This document shows, piece after piece, positions 28,348-39,741 of a stretch of DNA of 64,000 bases; positions within the stretch are counted from its first letter, which is position 1, and each line of letters begins with the position of its first letter. Made by a program: the position numbers and the translations under genes. Origin of the DNA: Candidatus Levyibacteriota bacterium (GTDB lineage Bacteria > Patescibacteriota > Microgenomatia > Levybacterales > UBA12049); assembly GCA_963790825.1 (NCBI GenBank), contig CAWBPM010000002.1, positions 423,159 to 487,158 of the forward strand, written 5' to 3'. The notes beneath the pieces are model-generated. The model was not told where the DNA came from. It did no database searches and saw only the letters and a list, made by a program, of their open reading frames with translations.

Positions 28348-29397
28348 ATGTATCATACGTATATGGATGAAGAGCTGATACAAATTAAAAACTCTGCAAT
28401 ACCGATGATTCTGGAAGCGAAGACTTTTTCGGAACTCGAGGAAATAAAGCTACAGTTTTTAGGCAGAAGCGGCGTTCTAACGCTTGCAGTCAAAAACATT
28501 AAAGATGTAGCAAAAGAAAAACGGCCTGAAATGGGAATTCTGATCAATGAGGTAAAAATGATCATTGAGGACGCAATTGATGAAAGAGCCAAAAATCTGA
28601 AAGAGGTAAAAAAACGTGAAACACACAAAAAACTCGACGTAACAGATCCGGGTATTCTACCACCTCTTGGTCATTTACATCCGGTGACGCAGGCAATTGA
28701 AGAAATCAGCAATATCTTTGCCGGAATTGGCTTTACCAGGCAGCGTTATCCTGAAATTGATTATGACTGGTACGCATTTGAAGCCTTGAATTTTCCTGAA
28801 AATCATCCGGCTCGAGATGATTGGGAGACGTTTTTTATCAAACAAGCTCCAGATCTGAAAAAGGGTCCGCTGGTTCTGACACCGCATACATCAAATGGAC
28901 AAGTACGCGAAATGGAAAATAAAAAGCTCCCAATAAAAATGTTGAATATTGCCAAGTGCTACCGCCGGCAATCCGATGTTTCTCATACTCCTATGTTTCA
29001 TCAATTTGAGACATTAGTAGTAGGAAAAGATATTTCTATTGTTCACCTTAAAGGTACTTTGGATTACTTTGTTAAATCTTATTTCGGACAAAATCGTAAA
29101 GCCAGAATCCGTCCGTATCATTTCCAGTTCACCGAACCGTCATTTGAAGTTGATATCTCTTGTGGGGTTTGTAATGGAGAAGGGTGTAAATTATGTAAAG
29201 CTGGTTGGTTAGAACTTGGAGGAGCCGGCATGGTACATCCGAATGTGTTAAAGGCTTGTAATATTGACCCGGATATATATTCTGGGTTTGCTTCTGGCTT
29301 CGGGGTTGAACGGGTGCTTATGATGCGGGAAGGAATTGAAATCGATGATCTACGGATATTATACGCAAATAAATTAGAATTTTTAGAGCAGTTCTGA
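28348..29397 (+). CDS. pheS: phenylalanyl-tRNA synthetase alpha subunit
   Basis: 349 aa; class II motifs (…FEALNFPENHPARD…; …GAGMVHPNVL…). It ends with TGA 1 nt before the pheT ATG. Confidence 0.9.
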   Translation: MYHTYMDEELIQIKNSAIPMILEAKTFSELEEIKLQFLGRSGVLTLAVKNIKDVAKEKRPEMGILINEVKMIIEDAIDERAKNLKEVKKRETHKKLDVTDPGILPPLGHLHPVTQAIEEISNIFAGIGFTRQRYPEIDYDWYAFEALNFPENHPARDDWETFFIKQAPDLKKGPLVLTPHTSNGQVREMENKKLPIKMLNIAKCYRRQSDVSHTPMFHQFETLVVGKDISIVHLKGTLDYFVKSYFGQNRKARIRPYHFQFTEPSFEVDISCGVCNGEGCKLCKAGWLELGGAGMVHPNVLKACNIDPDIYSGFASGFGVERVLMMREGIEIDDLRILYANKLEFLEQF

Positions 29398-29398
29398 T

Positions 29399-31351
29399 AT
29401 GAATATTAAAATACTTGATTCGTGGTTACGTGAATATTTAGAAACCAATGCGTCACCACAAGAAATTGCGAAGGAACTTTCTTTAACCAGCGTCTCGATT
29501 GAAAAAATTGAACAGTTCAAAAAAGATCATGTATACGACATTGAAATAACAACCAACCGGCCTGATTTGGCCGGCGTTAATGGCTTGGCCCGTGAAGCCG
29601 GTGCAGTTCTGATAAGGCAAGGAATAAGGGCTACCTACAAGCCGCTTCGATTTACTAAAGCAAAGACAGAGCATAAAAATGAACTGGCAATACAAATAGA
29701 AAGTAGCCTGGTCAATCGCGTCTGCGCGGTAGTAATGGAAGTGCAAATGGGTAAGTCGCCACAAATCATTCAAGATAGACTTGAAGCATCCGGAATTCGA
29801 AGTTTAAACAATCTGGTAGATATTACCAATTACGTCATGCGCACAACAGGACAGCCAACTCACGTGTTTGATTATGACAGACTAAAGGGTACAACTCTCA
29901 AAATACGTGAAGCAAAAAAAAGTGAAAAAATAACAACACTGGACAATAAAACATATACGCTGCTTGGCGGAGAAGTTGTGGCAGAAAATGAGCATGGAGA
30001 AATTGTGGATCTTCTCGCTGTCATGGGACTTGCAAACAGCGTCGTAACTGAAAAGACTAAACGGATTGTCTTTTTTGTTAACAATATCGACTCCGTCAGG
30101 GTTCGCAAAACTTCAATGAGTTTGGGAATTAGAACAGAAGCAGCACAATTGAACGAGAAGCACCTTGATCCAAATCTTTGTGAAACTGCTCTTTACTGCG
30201 GAATTCAGATGTATAAAGAACTTGCCCGGGGCAGAGTGACAAGTGAAATTATAGATATGTATCCTCATAAACCCGAAGAAAAACAGATATTTGTAAGTTT
30301 GCAAAAAATAAGCAGGGCTATCGGGGTAGCAATACCGGAAAAACAATCCATCGATATTTTAAGCGGACTGGGGTTCGGGGTTGAGCAAAAAGATGAAAAA
30401 CTTTTTGTTTCCGTTCCGCCGTGGCGACTGTCTGATATAAGTCTTCCCGAAGATATTATTGAGGAGATTGCCCGAGTTTACGGCTATCATAACCTTCCCG
30501 GTGTTCTGCCGCTATTGAATACCTTTCAGATACAACAGCAAGAAAACAGTCCTTTTTATTGGGAACAACGGATAAAAAATGCCTTGAAATATTGGGGGTT
30601 TAGCGAAGTCTATGCCTATTCCATGGTTCCGGAAGTTCTTTATGAAGGACCGCTGGAAGAAGCCGTAACGATCGCTAATCCACTCAGTGAAGAATTTGTT
30701 TACATGCGTAAAACTTTGGTACCGAGCTTACTTCATATCATAAGCGAGAACAAAAAACGTGATATGATCCGTATTTTTGAAATTGCGAACGTTTATCATA
30801 AAAAAACACATCAATTACCAAAGGAGGTAAGAATGTTGGCCGGAGTTGTGAAGCATACGAAAAATTCATTTTTCCTGGTAAAGGGCTATATCGAGCAATT
30901 ATTTCGTGATTTAGGTATTTCCGACTATTCGTTTAAACCGACCGATCAAGGCGGCGATGGTGCCGGCATTTTTATTGCAAACAACTTCCTGGGAGAGATT
31001 GAAATTCTCGACCAGGATTTGATTAACTTCGAGATTAATTTTGACCAGCTTTTACAATATGTTTCGCTTAGTAAAACGTATATTCCGCCCGGTAAATACC
31101 CACCGATTATTGAAGATATAGCATTAAATGCGCCGATTCAGATATTGACCGGAGATATTATTAAAGAAATTAGGAAACTAAGTAAGCTCATCTCGTCAGT
31201 CTCGCTTTTGGATCGTTTCGCTGATACCAGAACTTTTCATGTTGTCTACCAGGATTCGACTGGGAATTTAACCAATGAAGAAGTAAAAAATATTCATAAC
31301 ACTATTCTTCAATCTTTAAATAAAAAGTGGGGCATAAAGGAGAAGGGCTGA
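29399..31351 (+). CDS. pheT: phenylalanyl-tRNA synthetase beta subunit (short form)
   Basis: 650 aa; B3/4 and B5 domains and a C-terminal FDX-ACB-like region. It lacks the N-terminal tRNA-binding domain. Confidence 0.85.
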   Translation: MNIKILDSWLREYLETNASPQEIAKELSLTSVSIEKIEQFKKDHVYDIEITTNRPDLAGVNGLAREAGAVLIRQGIRATYKPLRFTKAKTEHKNELAIQIESSLVNRVCAVVMEVQMGKSPQIIQDRLEASGIRSLNNLVDITNYVMRTTGQPTHVFDYDRLKGTTLKIREAKKSEKITTLDNKTYTLLGGEVVAENEHGEIVDLLAVMGLANSVVTEKTKRIVFFVNNIDSVRVRKTSMSLGIRTEAAQLNEKHLDPNLCETALYCGIQMYKELARGRVTSEIIDMYPHKPEEKQIFVSLQKISRAIGVAIPEKQSIDILSGLGFGVEQKDEKLFVSVPPWRLSDISLPEDIIEEIARVYGYHNLPGVLPLLNTFQIQQQENSPFYWEQRIKNALKYWGFSEVYAYSMVPEVLYEGPLEEAVTIANPLSEEFVYMRKTLVPSLLHIISENKKRDMIRIFEIANVYHKKTHQLPKEVRMLAGVVKHTKNSFFLVKGYIEQLFRDLGISDYSFKPTDQGGDGAGIFIANNFLGEIEILDQDLINFEINFDQLLQYVSLSKTYIPPGKYPPIIEDIALNAPIQILTGDIIKEIRKLSKLISSVSLLDRFADTRTFHVVYQDSTGNLTNEEVKNIHNTILQSLNKKWGIKEKG

Positions 31352-31455
31352 ATTGTAGAATTTTTTGTATAGTAATTCCCGGAATATTATTTTAGCCTTA
31401 TAAGTACCCCTTGCATTACTTAATTGATAGTGCTATATTAACTGAAATATAGTTT

Positions 31456-33048
31456 ATGCCATTTAGAACAGAAGCTCATTCTGATCTAAGCCTTCAACAA
31501 AACGGAGGAAGCTATAATAGGGATCGTTTACCTCTTTCAGCTCATAAAGAACCCGAAACAAAAGACCCGACGTCCCAGGCAAAAGAACACCATCATCATA
31601 CAAGAATAGAAGAAATCCTGGATTCGGCTATAGTAAAAATTGGGAAAACGCCGGACGATCCACAACCTGTAGCTGATGAAGCACAATCCGGACTCCAACT
31701 TATATTTCAAAATTTACGGGATCATCACAGAGTTCGGCAGGATAGACATGGAGATTTACTAAGTGGAGAGATAGAAGGAAGTGATGCGTTAGTAAAACCG
31801 GGCGGTCATACCGGTTTTGAAGTACACGGTAATATACTTAGGGTACATTCACAAAGCAGGGGTAGTAGTGGCGAGACAATAGAATCTGAGATAATAGGAG
31901 ATATAGATATAGGATCTGTCGACTATGCTTCCGTGCAATACCGCTTTATTCACCCGACCGATCATGAATATAATAGATACTATCGCAAAAATATAAGATT
32001 TATAGAGGAGGGACTTAGGTCTCCCGAAATAGTTGATAGAGCAGAAGGCGGTGTAAGAAGTGGTATAAAAGCCAAAAATAATCACTATAGATTGACAAAA
32101 TTATTCCATACTTATAGTGAAGAAGACATAGTTCCCGGGGAAATTTTTCCCGGGAGAATTGCAGAAACTGCAGTTTTTAAGGAAAAAAGTGCAACTACAA
32201 AAGAATTAGAAGAAAAACTTGCAGTTAATCCTGATAAATTAGCTAATGATAAAGAAAGAATGGGTTATTTTCAAAATGTACTAGATTATATTTGTAGTAT
32301 TAATAGGGATCTTGATGATCCAAAAAAGATACCCTTTATTGAGGATTATGCGGATGCTATTGGTTTACATAAACCTAAAGATGGTGAACTTGAACCCGGA
32401 TCTACTAAAAATGGTCTATTAGATAAACTGAGAGATGCCGGCTTTTACTCAATATCGCATAAAGGCGAAGTCCGCATTGTCTCTGAAGCGCAAATATCAA
32501 AACCGCAGGAAGATGACGAAGTTGTAGTTCTTTCTGCACAATATAATAGTGGTCGTGCTGCAGTATCCGTTTCGATTTTAGACCACATCCGAGATCACGA
32601 GGATAAGGATACAGTGATGGGAGTAAAAAGACGGTTAACTCGCCTTACACTTTCGACTCATAATCCAGCAATCAGGGGGAAAATGGGCATGTTTCTTAGC
32701 AGACAGGATTATTCTCTCCACAAAATCAAAGGCTGGGAGAGAGCGCTTGTTAACTTCAGAACCCAACATATTATTCCCCATCACAAAAGAAACTTTATAG
32801 ACGAATTCGTGGATCCGACTGACCGCAACTGGAATACCGGGATGCACCCGTGGCCGGCAGCATCTATGGATGACAGCGCCGCAGGATTTATTACGGATGA
32901 AGAAAGAACTCGTATAGATGAAACATATAAAGCTAAAGATAAACATACTATTGCTTCTAAGGCAGGAATTTATAACAATAAAAATCTAATTGATAAAACA
33001 AGAGCTACAACTGCTTTATTAAAAGGACTCACTTTTCGCCGCCCATAA
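31456..33048 (+). CDS. hypothetical protein (orphan, 530 aa, His-run near N-terminus)
   Basis: Long intact ORF with no signal peptide, no TM segment and no recognisable domain; contains HHHH. Confidence 0.4.
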   Translation: MPFRTEAHSDLSLQQNGGSYNRDRLPLSAHKEPETKDPTSQAKEHHHHTRIEEILDSAIVKIGKTPDDPQPVADEAQSGLQLIFQNLRDHHRVRQDRHGDLLSGEIEGSDALVKPGGHTGFEVHGNILRVHSQSRGSSGETIESEIIGDIDIGSVDYASVQYRFIHPTDHEYNRYYRKNIRFIEEGLRSPEIVDRAEGGVRSGIKAKNNHYRLTKLFHTYSEEDIVPGEIFPGRIAETAVFKEKSATTKELEEKLAVNPDKLANDKERMGYFQNVLDYICSINRDLDDPKKIPFIEDYADAIGLHKPKDGELEPGSTKNGLLDKLRDAGFYSISHKGEVRIVSEAQISKPQEDDEVVVLSAQYNSGRAAVSVSILDHIRDHEDKDTVMGVKRRLTRLTLSTHNPAIRGKMGMFLSRQDYSLHKIKGWERALVNFRTQHIIPHHKRNFIDEFVDPTDRNWNTGMHPWPAASMDDSAAGFITDEERTRIDETYKAKDKHTIASKAGIYNNKNLIDKTRATTALLKGLTFRRP

Positions 33049-33120
33049 AATTACACAATCTAACTAACTAATTGCACAATCTCAGGATCAACTAAGCAAC
33101 AAGATATAATGGATTTTATT

Positions 33121-35421
33121 TTACTGACTTGATGTGGGTGTTGGAGTCGGAGTATCCGTTGGGCTACTGCTCCCGGGAGTTGGAGTCGGCGTATCTCCGT
33201 GTTCCCAATATTTTAATTCGTCCGGCGGATTCCACAAATCGTCTCCTTTATGATTTTGCTGTATCCACGCATCAATTCCCGTTTGCCAACGGTTTTGTCC
33301 ATCAGTTGAAACCGGATCATCTTCATGGAAAACCAAATAATTCTTTCCATCTTTACTTTGATAAATCGCTGATTCCGCTGTCGGCTCGGTTCCTTTGATG
33401 AAATATTCTGCGCGAGTCGGCTGCCCGGCATGTGGCAGCCCGCCGGCAAAGGCATCGATTTGCAAAGCGTTTACATCATCGGGCTTTTTTTCCTGTTCAT
33501 CCGGTTTCCCTTTCAGAACATAACTCATAATCATATTCCAGATTGGCGAGGCGCCGGTTTCGCCGGATGAAATGATCGGGTTCATCGGTGAATTGTCATT
33601 ATTTCCCACCCATACACCAACGACATATGACGGGCTGTAGCCGATTGTCCAGTTATCGCGTTTTTCATCAGTTGTTCCGGTTTTCACGGAAACTGTTTTA
33701 CCCGAAACGACAAGCCATGAGTTTGTCCCGAACTCCATTGAACGGGCATTGTTGTCTGACAGAATATGCGAAATAAGGAAGCTGACATCTTCAGGGAGAA
33801 CCCGGTTACCTTGGGTATTCTGATGTTGATATAATATATTTCCTTGTCCATCGCTGACTTTTAAGATTGATACCGGATCCTGACGAACACCTGCATTTGC
33901 GAACACTCCATACGCAGTTGTTTCGTCGAGAAGAGATGTCTCGCGTCCTCCAAGAACAAGTGACATGCCGACGCTGGCGAGATTTTGCGAAGTTGGCTGC
34001 CAGTTACTTATTCCCATATTGTATGCTTGTTGCATGACGGACTCAATGCCGACACGCGCCAGCATTTTTACTGCCGGAATATTCATAGAATTTCCTAGAG
34101 CAAATCGAAGCTGTATCGGTCCATGAAATTTACCATCATAATTTACCGGAATGTAGTCAGGATCTGAATCTTTTGTTTTAAAATTCGTCTGTACATCCAT
34201 AACCATCGTAGCCGGTGTATATCCTTTTTCAAATGCGACCGCGTACATGACGGGTTTTAGTGATGATCCGGGCTGTCTGGTTTGAGAAATAGCGACATTA
34301 AAGTTGCCGTCATTTGCGGTATCGAAATAATCCTTGCTCCCGACCATTGCCAAAATTTCGCCGGTTTTAGGATCGGTAACAATTGCCGCGCCGTTACTGA
34401 CATGATAATTTTTCAAACCATCTACCTGACTTTTTACGATATCTTCCGCGTGTTTTTGGATGTTATAATCAAGCGTAGTCGTTACCTGGAGTCCTCCGGT
34501 TTCTACCATTTGTTCGCCAAACTGCTTGGCAAGAAGTTCTTTCACGTACATTACAAAGTGCGGGGCTTTTATAGAAATGTCTTGCTGGCTAAATTCGTAA
34601 TTAGAAATTTCTTTATAAGCAGCGTCACTTTGTTTTTGTGTAATATAATTATCACTTACCATTTGTACCAGTACTGCCTGTAAGCGATCAAGGTAATACT
34701 TGTGTCCGCTGAAAGGAGAATAAATACTTGGGTCCTGCGGAAGACCAGACAGAAATGCTGATTGGGCTAAATCTAAATTTTTTACGTCTTTGCCAAAATA
34801 GTCTTGCGCCGCAGCCTCTACGCCGATATTGGCACCGCCATAGCCGATATTGTTCAAATACATTTCTAAAATTTGATTTTTAGTATAAACCTGATTTATC
34901 TGAATTGATAAAATTAATTCTTTAATTTTTCGCGGTAAACTTCGCTCGTTTGTTAAAAGCACATTCTTAACCAGCTGCTGACTGATAGTAGATCCGCCGG
35001 CTAATCCTCGACCTAACAGGACATTTTTAAATACCCTAAGATATGCGACAGGCGAAAAGCCGCTATTCTTATAAAAGTCCTTATCTTCAATCGCGATGGT
35101 TCCTTCCTGAAGATATTTAGGAATTTGATCAAGCTTGACATACGTTCTGTTTTCGTTCTGGTAAACAGAATAAAGAAGAACGCCGCTACGATCATAGATA
35201 CGGGTTGCATCTTTATATTTTGAGTATACTAATTTACCCGGAGCCGGCAAATCACGGCTATACCAAAGAAAAAGCAAAGGAATAAGAATAACAAGACCAA
35301 TAAGTCCAAAAAAAATATATTTGGAAATTCGGCTGAGAAGAAAAATATTCCGAAGCTTCTGTGAATTAAATACTGTTCTATTTCGTCTGCGCCGTGAACG
35401 TTTCTGGTTATAATCAACCAT
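33121..35421 (-). CDS. penicillin-binding protein 1A (bifunctional glycosyltransferase/transpeptidase)
   Basis: N-terminal TM segment; GT51 motifs (EDKDFYKNSGF; GGSTISQQLVKN); transpeptidase SxxK ... SGKTGTT (KTG); Thr/Pro-rich C-terminal tail. Confidence 0.85.
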   Translation of the reverse strand: MVDYNQKRSRRRRNRTVFNSQKLRNIFLLSRISKYIFFGLIGLVILIPLLFLWYSRDLPAPGKLVYSKYKDATRIYDRSGVLLYSVYQNENRTYVKLDQIPKYLQEGTIAIEDKDFYKNSGFSPVAYLRVFKNVLLGRGLAGGSTISQQLVKNVLLTNERSLPRKIKELILSIQINQVYTKNQILEMYLNNIGYGGANIGVEAAAQDYFGKDVKNLDLAQSAFLSGLPQDPSIYSPFSGHKYYLDRLQAVLVQMVSDNYITQKQSDAAYKEISNYEFSQQDISIKAPHFVMYVKELLAKQFGEQMVETGGLQVTTTLDYNIQKHAEDIVKSQVDGLKNYHVSNGAAIVTDPKTGEILAMVGSKDYFDTANDGNFNVAISQTRQPGSSLKPVMYAVAFEKGYTPATMVMDVQTNFKTKDSDPDYIPVNYDGKFHGPIQLRFALGNSMNIPAVKMLARVGIESVMQQAYNMGISNWQPTSQNLASVGMSLVLGGRETSLLDETTAYGVFANAGVRQDPVSILKVSDGQGNILYQHQNTQGNRVLPEDVSFLISHILSDNNARSMEFGTNSWLVVSGKTVSVKTGTTDEKRDNWTIGYSPSYVVGVWVGNNDNSPMNPIISSGETGASPIWNMIMSYVLKGKPDEQEKKPDDVNALQIDAFAGGLPHAGQPTRAEYFIKGTEPTAESAIYQSKDGKNYLVFHEDDPVSTDGQNRWQTGIDAWIQQNHKGDDLWNPPDELKYWEHGDTPTPTPGSSSPTDTPTPTPTSSQ

Positions 35422-35493
35422 AATAGCTCCTGTATTATAGCAAATTATGAAGTATCAAACATCAAATCCTAAAAAATATGCTATACTCAACTC

Positions 35494-36684
35494 ATGGATA
35501 AAATAGAAGAATTACTAACCCGGGGAGTAGCAAACATCATTCCCGGTAAAGATGCATTAGTAAAGCTGCTTGAGACCGGGAAAAAATTAAATATTTATTT
35601 AGGTATTGACCCGACCAGTATACATATTCATCTGGGACACGCATTCAATCTACGGAAACTGCAACAATTTACCAATCTTGGGCACAATGTAACGTTTCTT
35701 ATCGGAGATTTTACCGCACTCATTGGCGATACGTCTGATAAAGACACGGAACGCCCGATACTAACGAGTGAGCAAATTCATGCAAACTTTCAAACCTATA
35801 AAAAACAGGCGGAAAAGCTGCTCGATTTTTCCCAGGTTAGAATTGTTCATAACAGTGAGTGGCTGAGAAAATTGACATTTGAAGAAATTATCAAATTAAC
35901 CCAACATTTCGCAGTTGGTGATTTTGTCGGCCGAGAACTTATCCGTAAAAGACTTCTGGAAAACAAGCGCGTCGGACTTCACGAAATGTTGTATCCGATA
36001 ATGCAGGGCTATGACAGCTATCATATGGATACCGATATACAAATAGGCGGAACTGACCAAACATTTAATATGCAAGCCGGAAGAACGCTGCAGAAAGATT
36101 TACGGGGTAAGGATTCGTCCGTCATAACAAGTAAATTTTTGCCGGGAACAGACGGACGAAAGATGAGTAAATCCTGGGGAAACGCAATCTGGCTTGACGA
36201 CAGTCCGTCTGACATTTATACCAAGGTTATGGCAATCAGAGATGAACTTATAATTCAGTATTTTACTCTGGCAACCAATCTCCCACTTGTTGAGATCAAG
36301 GAGCTTGAACAAAGATTAGATAACAATGAGGAACACCCCATGCAAGCGAAGAAAAAACTTGCAGCGACGATCGTTGAAGAATTGCATAGTAAGACAGAAG
36401 CTGAAAAAGCAGCTCAGGATTTCCAAAAAATTGTGCAAAAAAAAGAATTTCCCTCCGAGATTCCGATTATACCGATTCATATTCAGGGAAATTTTTCATT
36501 TCCGGATGGACTCGTCATCTTACAATTGGCAGAGAGTATCTCGGAGGCGAAAAGGCTTATTGAACAGGGAGGGGTGACGCTTGACGGAGAAAAAATTAGC
36601 GATCCCCACTCTCCATTCACTCCGAAAAACGGATCGATCTTAAAGGTTGGGAAACGGAAAATTGTCAAACTTCAGGTAGAATAG
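35494..36684 (+). CDS. tyrS: tyrosyl-tRNA synthetase
   Basis: GIDPTSIHIHLGH (HIGH), KMSKS, and a C-terminal S4-like domain. Confidence 0.8.
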   Translation: MDKIEELLTRGVANIIPGKDALVKLLETGKKLNIYLGIDPTSIHIHLGHAFNLRKLQQFTNLGHNVTFLIGDFTALIGDTSDKDTERPILTSEQIHANFQTYKKQAEKLLDFSQVRIVHNSEWLRKLTFEEIIKLTQHFAVGDFVGRELIRKRLLENKRVGLHEMLYPIMQGYDSYHMDTDIQIGGTDQTFNMQAGRTLQKDLRGKDSSVITSKFLPGTDGRKMSKSWGNAIWLDDSPSDIYTKVMAIRDELIIQYFTLATNLPLVEIKELEQRLDNNEEHPMQAKKKLAATIVEELHSKTEAEKAAQDFQKIVQKKEFPSEIPIIPIHIQGNFSFPDGLVILQLAESISEAKRLIEQGGVTLDGEKISDPHSPFTPKNGSILKVGKRKIVKLQVE

Positions 36685-36813
36685 TATAATTATTGCATAT
36701 GGATTTCGTGAGAAAGCATGAAAAGGTTTTTAAGGTAGTGATGATTATCGCCATCATTTCTTTAATTCTTCTTTCATTCCTTCCCTATTTAGCCATACTC
36801 TAAGCGAAATTCG

Positions 36814-38910
36814 ATGCTTATGGATTTGTCAACCCCTATTCAAGACGCAGGAAGAATATATAAAGCCTATTCGTCCCGTTTGGAAAAATTGGGCATTTTA
36901 ACTCTCTTCGATTTTCTTTATTTCATCCCGACTCGTTACGAAGATTATTCTCTTGTTTCTCGAATAGGACAGGTTCAGGCCGGAGAAGTGGTAACGCTCA
37001 GGGGACAAGTGCTGGAGATAAAAAATGAATATACCCGGAATTTTAAAAAGCTGCAGAAAGCAGTCATTGCCGATAAATCGGGAAGCATCGAAATTATCTG
37101 GTTTAATCAGCCGTTCCTCATCAAATATATTCACGTCAATGATACGCTTTCCGTATCCGGACGAGTTGATTTTTACAGGTCAAAACTTATGTTACAGTCT
37201 CCGGATTATGAGGTACTTACTCAAAATAGTATAAACATTCACACCGGCAGATTAGTACCCGTCTATCACGAAACAAAAGGCGTTACGTCGAAATGGATCC
37301 GACGGCAAATCTATAAATTACTGGGTGAGTACAAAAATGACCTGACAGAGTTTCTTCCCGATAGGCTGATTAAAGAAAATCATTTTATGGAGTTGGGGCG
37401 GGCAATTGAAACTGTTCATTTTCCCGAAAACTACAGCGAAGCGCTTATGGCAAAGGAACGATTGGCATTTGACGAATTATTTTTACTCCAGCTGAGAGGT
37501 CAGGAAAGACGTTTTGAGTGGAATAAAAATATGCTGGGAAAAATGTTTCAGATTACTAAATATCAACCAGAGCTAGAAAAACTCATCTCATCTCTGCCTT
37601 TTACGCTTACCCAAGCGCAGCAGCTGGCACTTAAGGAAATAACTAGTGACCTCGGGAGGAAAACTCCTATGAACCGTCTTCTCCAGGGAGATGTGGGATC
37701 AGGAAAAACAATTGTTTCAGCAATTGCAATGTATCTGGCGTTTTTAAACGGTTTTCAATCTACGCTTATGGCGCCGACTGAAATTCTGGCCCAGCAACAC
37801 TTCGCGACAATTTCTAAATTACTCTTACCGTTTGGCGTAAAAGTCGATTTAGTCACCGGAAGCAAAAAATTGGTACGAGGTACGAATTACGAAGTACAAG
37901 GTACGGAAAAATCCCGTAATTCTAAATTCTTAATTCGTAATTCTGATGTCGAATTCGACATCCTTGTCGGCACTCACGCTGTTTTATCTGAAAAAATTAA
38001 ATTTCAAAACCTCGGTCTCGTCATCATCGATGAGCAGCAGCGCTTCGGTGTCCGGCAGCGAGGAATAATCCGTAGTAAAGGACAAAATCCGCATCTTTTA
38101 ACCATGACCGCAACCCCTATTCCTCGAACTGTTGCGCTTACAATGTATGGTGATTTGGATTTATCCTATCTTTTCGAAATGCCCAGGGGGAGAAAGATTG
38201 TCAAAACCTGGCTGGTACCTGAAGAAAAACGGGACGGAGCATATGATTGGATCCGTAAGCAAATTCTGACTCATAATTCGCAGGCATTTATTATTTGTCC
38301 ATTTATTGATGAGTCGGAAAGTATGCAAACAGTAAAAGCAGCAAGTATTGAGTTTGAACGGTTACGAAAAGATGTTTTTCCTGACCTAAAACTCGGTTTA
38401 CTTCATGGTAAATTAAAAGCAAAAGAGAAAAATAGCGTACTTACGGATTTTAAAGACAAAAAATTTCATATTCTGGTTGCGACACCGGTCGTTGAAGTAG
38501 GAATTGATATAGCAAATGCCACAATTATTATGATTGAAGCTTCAGAACGATTTGGACTATCACAACTGCATCAGCTTCGCGGACGCGTCGGCAGGGGAGA
38601 TAAGCAGTCATATTGTCTGCTGTTTACCCAGTCAAACAACACGTCAACGCTTACCCGTCTTCAGGCAATGGAAAAAAGTAATATCGGTTCAGAGTTAGCT
38701 GAGCTTGATCTGAAACTCCGCGGTCCGGGAGATATTTATGGAACTACCCAACACGGTTTGCCGAGGTTAAAGGTAGCAAACTTCTCCGATTTTCCTCTTA
38801 TCCAGAAGGCAAAAGATAGCGCGGCTTTTATTTTTCCTAGGCTGTCTTCGTATCCAAAGTTGGTAGAGAAAATTGAAAAACTGGAAATTACCGATATAAC
38901 TCCTGACTGA
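36814..38910 (+). CDS. recG: ATP-dependent DNA helicase RecG
   Basis: Wedge domain plus SF2 helicase motifs GDVGSGKT, IIDEQQRFGV and QLRGRVGRG. Confidence 0.85.
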   Translation: MLMDLSTPIQDAGRIYKAYSSRLEKLGILTLFDFLYFIPTRYEDYSLVSRIGQVQAGEVVTLRGQVLEIKNEYTRNFKKLQKAVIADKSGSIEIIWFNQPFLIKYIHVNDTLSVSGRVDFYRSKLMLQSPDYEVLTQNSINIHTGRLVPVYHETKGVTSKWIRRQIYKLLGEYKNDLTEFLPDRLIKENHFMELGRAIETVHFPENYSEALMAKERLAFDELFLLQLRGQERRFEWNKNMLGKMFQITKYQPELEKLISSLPFTLTQAQQLALKEITSDLGRKTPMNRLLQGDVGSGKTIVSAIAMYLAFLNGFQSTLMAPTEILAQQHFATISKLLLPFGVKVDLVTGSKKLVRGTNYEVQGTEKSRNSKFLIRNSDVEFDILVGTHAVLSEKIKFQNLGLVIIDEQQRFGVRQRGIIRSKGQNPHLLTMTATPIPRTVALTMYGDLDLSYLFEMPRGRKIVKTWLVPEEKRDGAYDWIRKQILTHNSQAFIICPFIDESESMQTVKAASIEFERLRKDVFPDLKLGLLHGKLKAKEKNSVLTDFKDKKFHILVATPVVEVGIDIANATIIMIEASERFGLSQLHQLRGRVGRGDKQSYCLLFTQSNNTSTLTRLQAMEKSNIGSELAELDLKLRGPGDIYGTTQHGLPRLKVANFSDFPLIQKAKDSAAFIFPRLSSYPKLVEKIEKLEITDITPD

Positions 38911-38918
38911 TTTTTTTA

Positions 38919-39404
38919 TTAATTGTATGTTTGAGGGTTTGCGATTTGACTTCGTAAGATAAGATTGAGAAGCTGTACACTTTTTTCCAGAGCTGACGCC
39001 AGAATCTGTCCGTCACCTATTCCTATGGTAACTGAGATATGAAATGTTCCGCGCGCATCTTCTCTCCAATTCCAATGCGTCTCACCGTCATAAACCACAT
39101 CCTCGTACCCCGCAGCCACCTTCTCAAGAAACAGATATTCCAAAAGTATATGCTCAAATAAATGTCCTACCTCAGTCGCTCTGACCTCTTTTTCGAAAGG
39201 AAATTTATCGTCATTAAAACATTTTCCACCGTAGACTCCGGGCAGTAATTTTTTTAAAATATCGTGTGTCTGGGGAATGCCGGATGTATTTACAATAGGA
39301 ATAAAAAGTCTCATGGTAATCGTTAATTGAGAGATATTCTGAATAATATTTAAGGTGTAAAAATCAGATTCAACAATTTGCGGAGCAAGCATTAGATTCG
39401 GCAT
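38919..39404 (-). CDS. hypothetical protein
   Basis: 161-aa ORF convergent with recG; no domain recognised. Confidence 0.3.
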   Translation of the reverse strand: MPNLMLAPQIVESDFYTLNIIQNISQLTITMRLFIPIVNTSGIPQTHDILKKLLPGVYGGKCFNDDKFPFEKEVRATEVGHLFEHILLEYLFLEKVAAGYEDVVYDGETHWNWREDARGTFHISVTIGIGDGQILASALEKSVQLLNLILRSQIANPQTYN

Positions 39405-39741
39405 AATATTTACCTGATTCTTACTGATTTCTTTCGCGATACTTACTTAGAATAAGGGAAGGAGGAGAGAATGTCAAGGTGAACAATAATAGTAATCAAA
39501 TATCAATATTATGCCTAAGGACGTGGGAATTTCCTGATGAGCTTTCTGTAAATTAAAAATAGAAATTCTAAAAAATCTAATTTTTGTTTAAACATTTACT
39601 AATTTAAGATACGGGATGTTGACAAAAATATGATAGGTGGAGTAATATAGCAAGCTACTTCTTTCTTAACCATTTATATAAAGGTTATTGCAAGAAATGG
39701 GCAAATAAAGTACAATATATAGGTTAGAAAGAGAAAAAACT

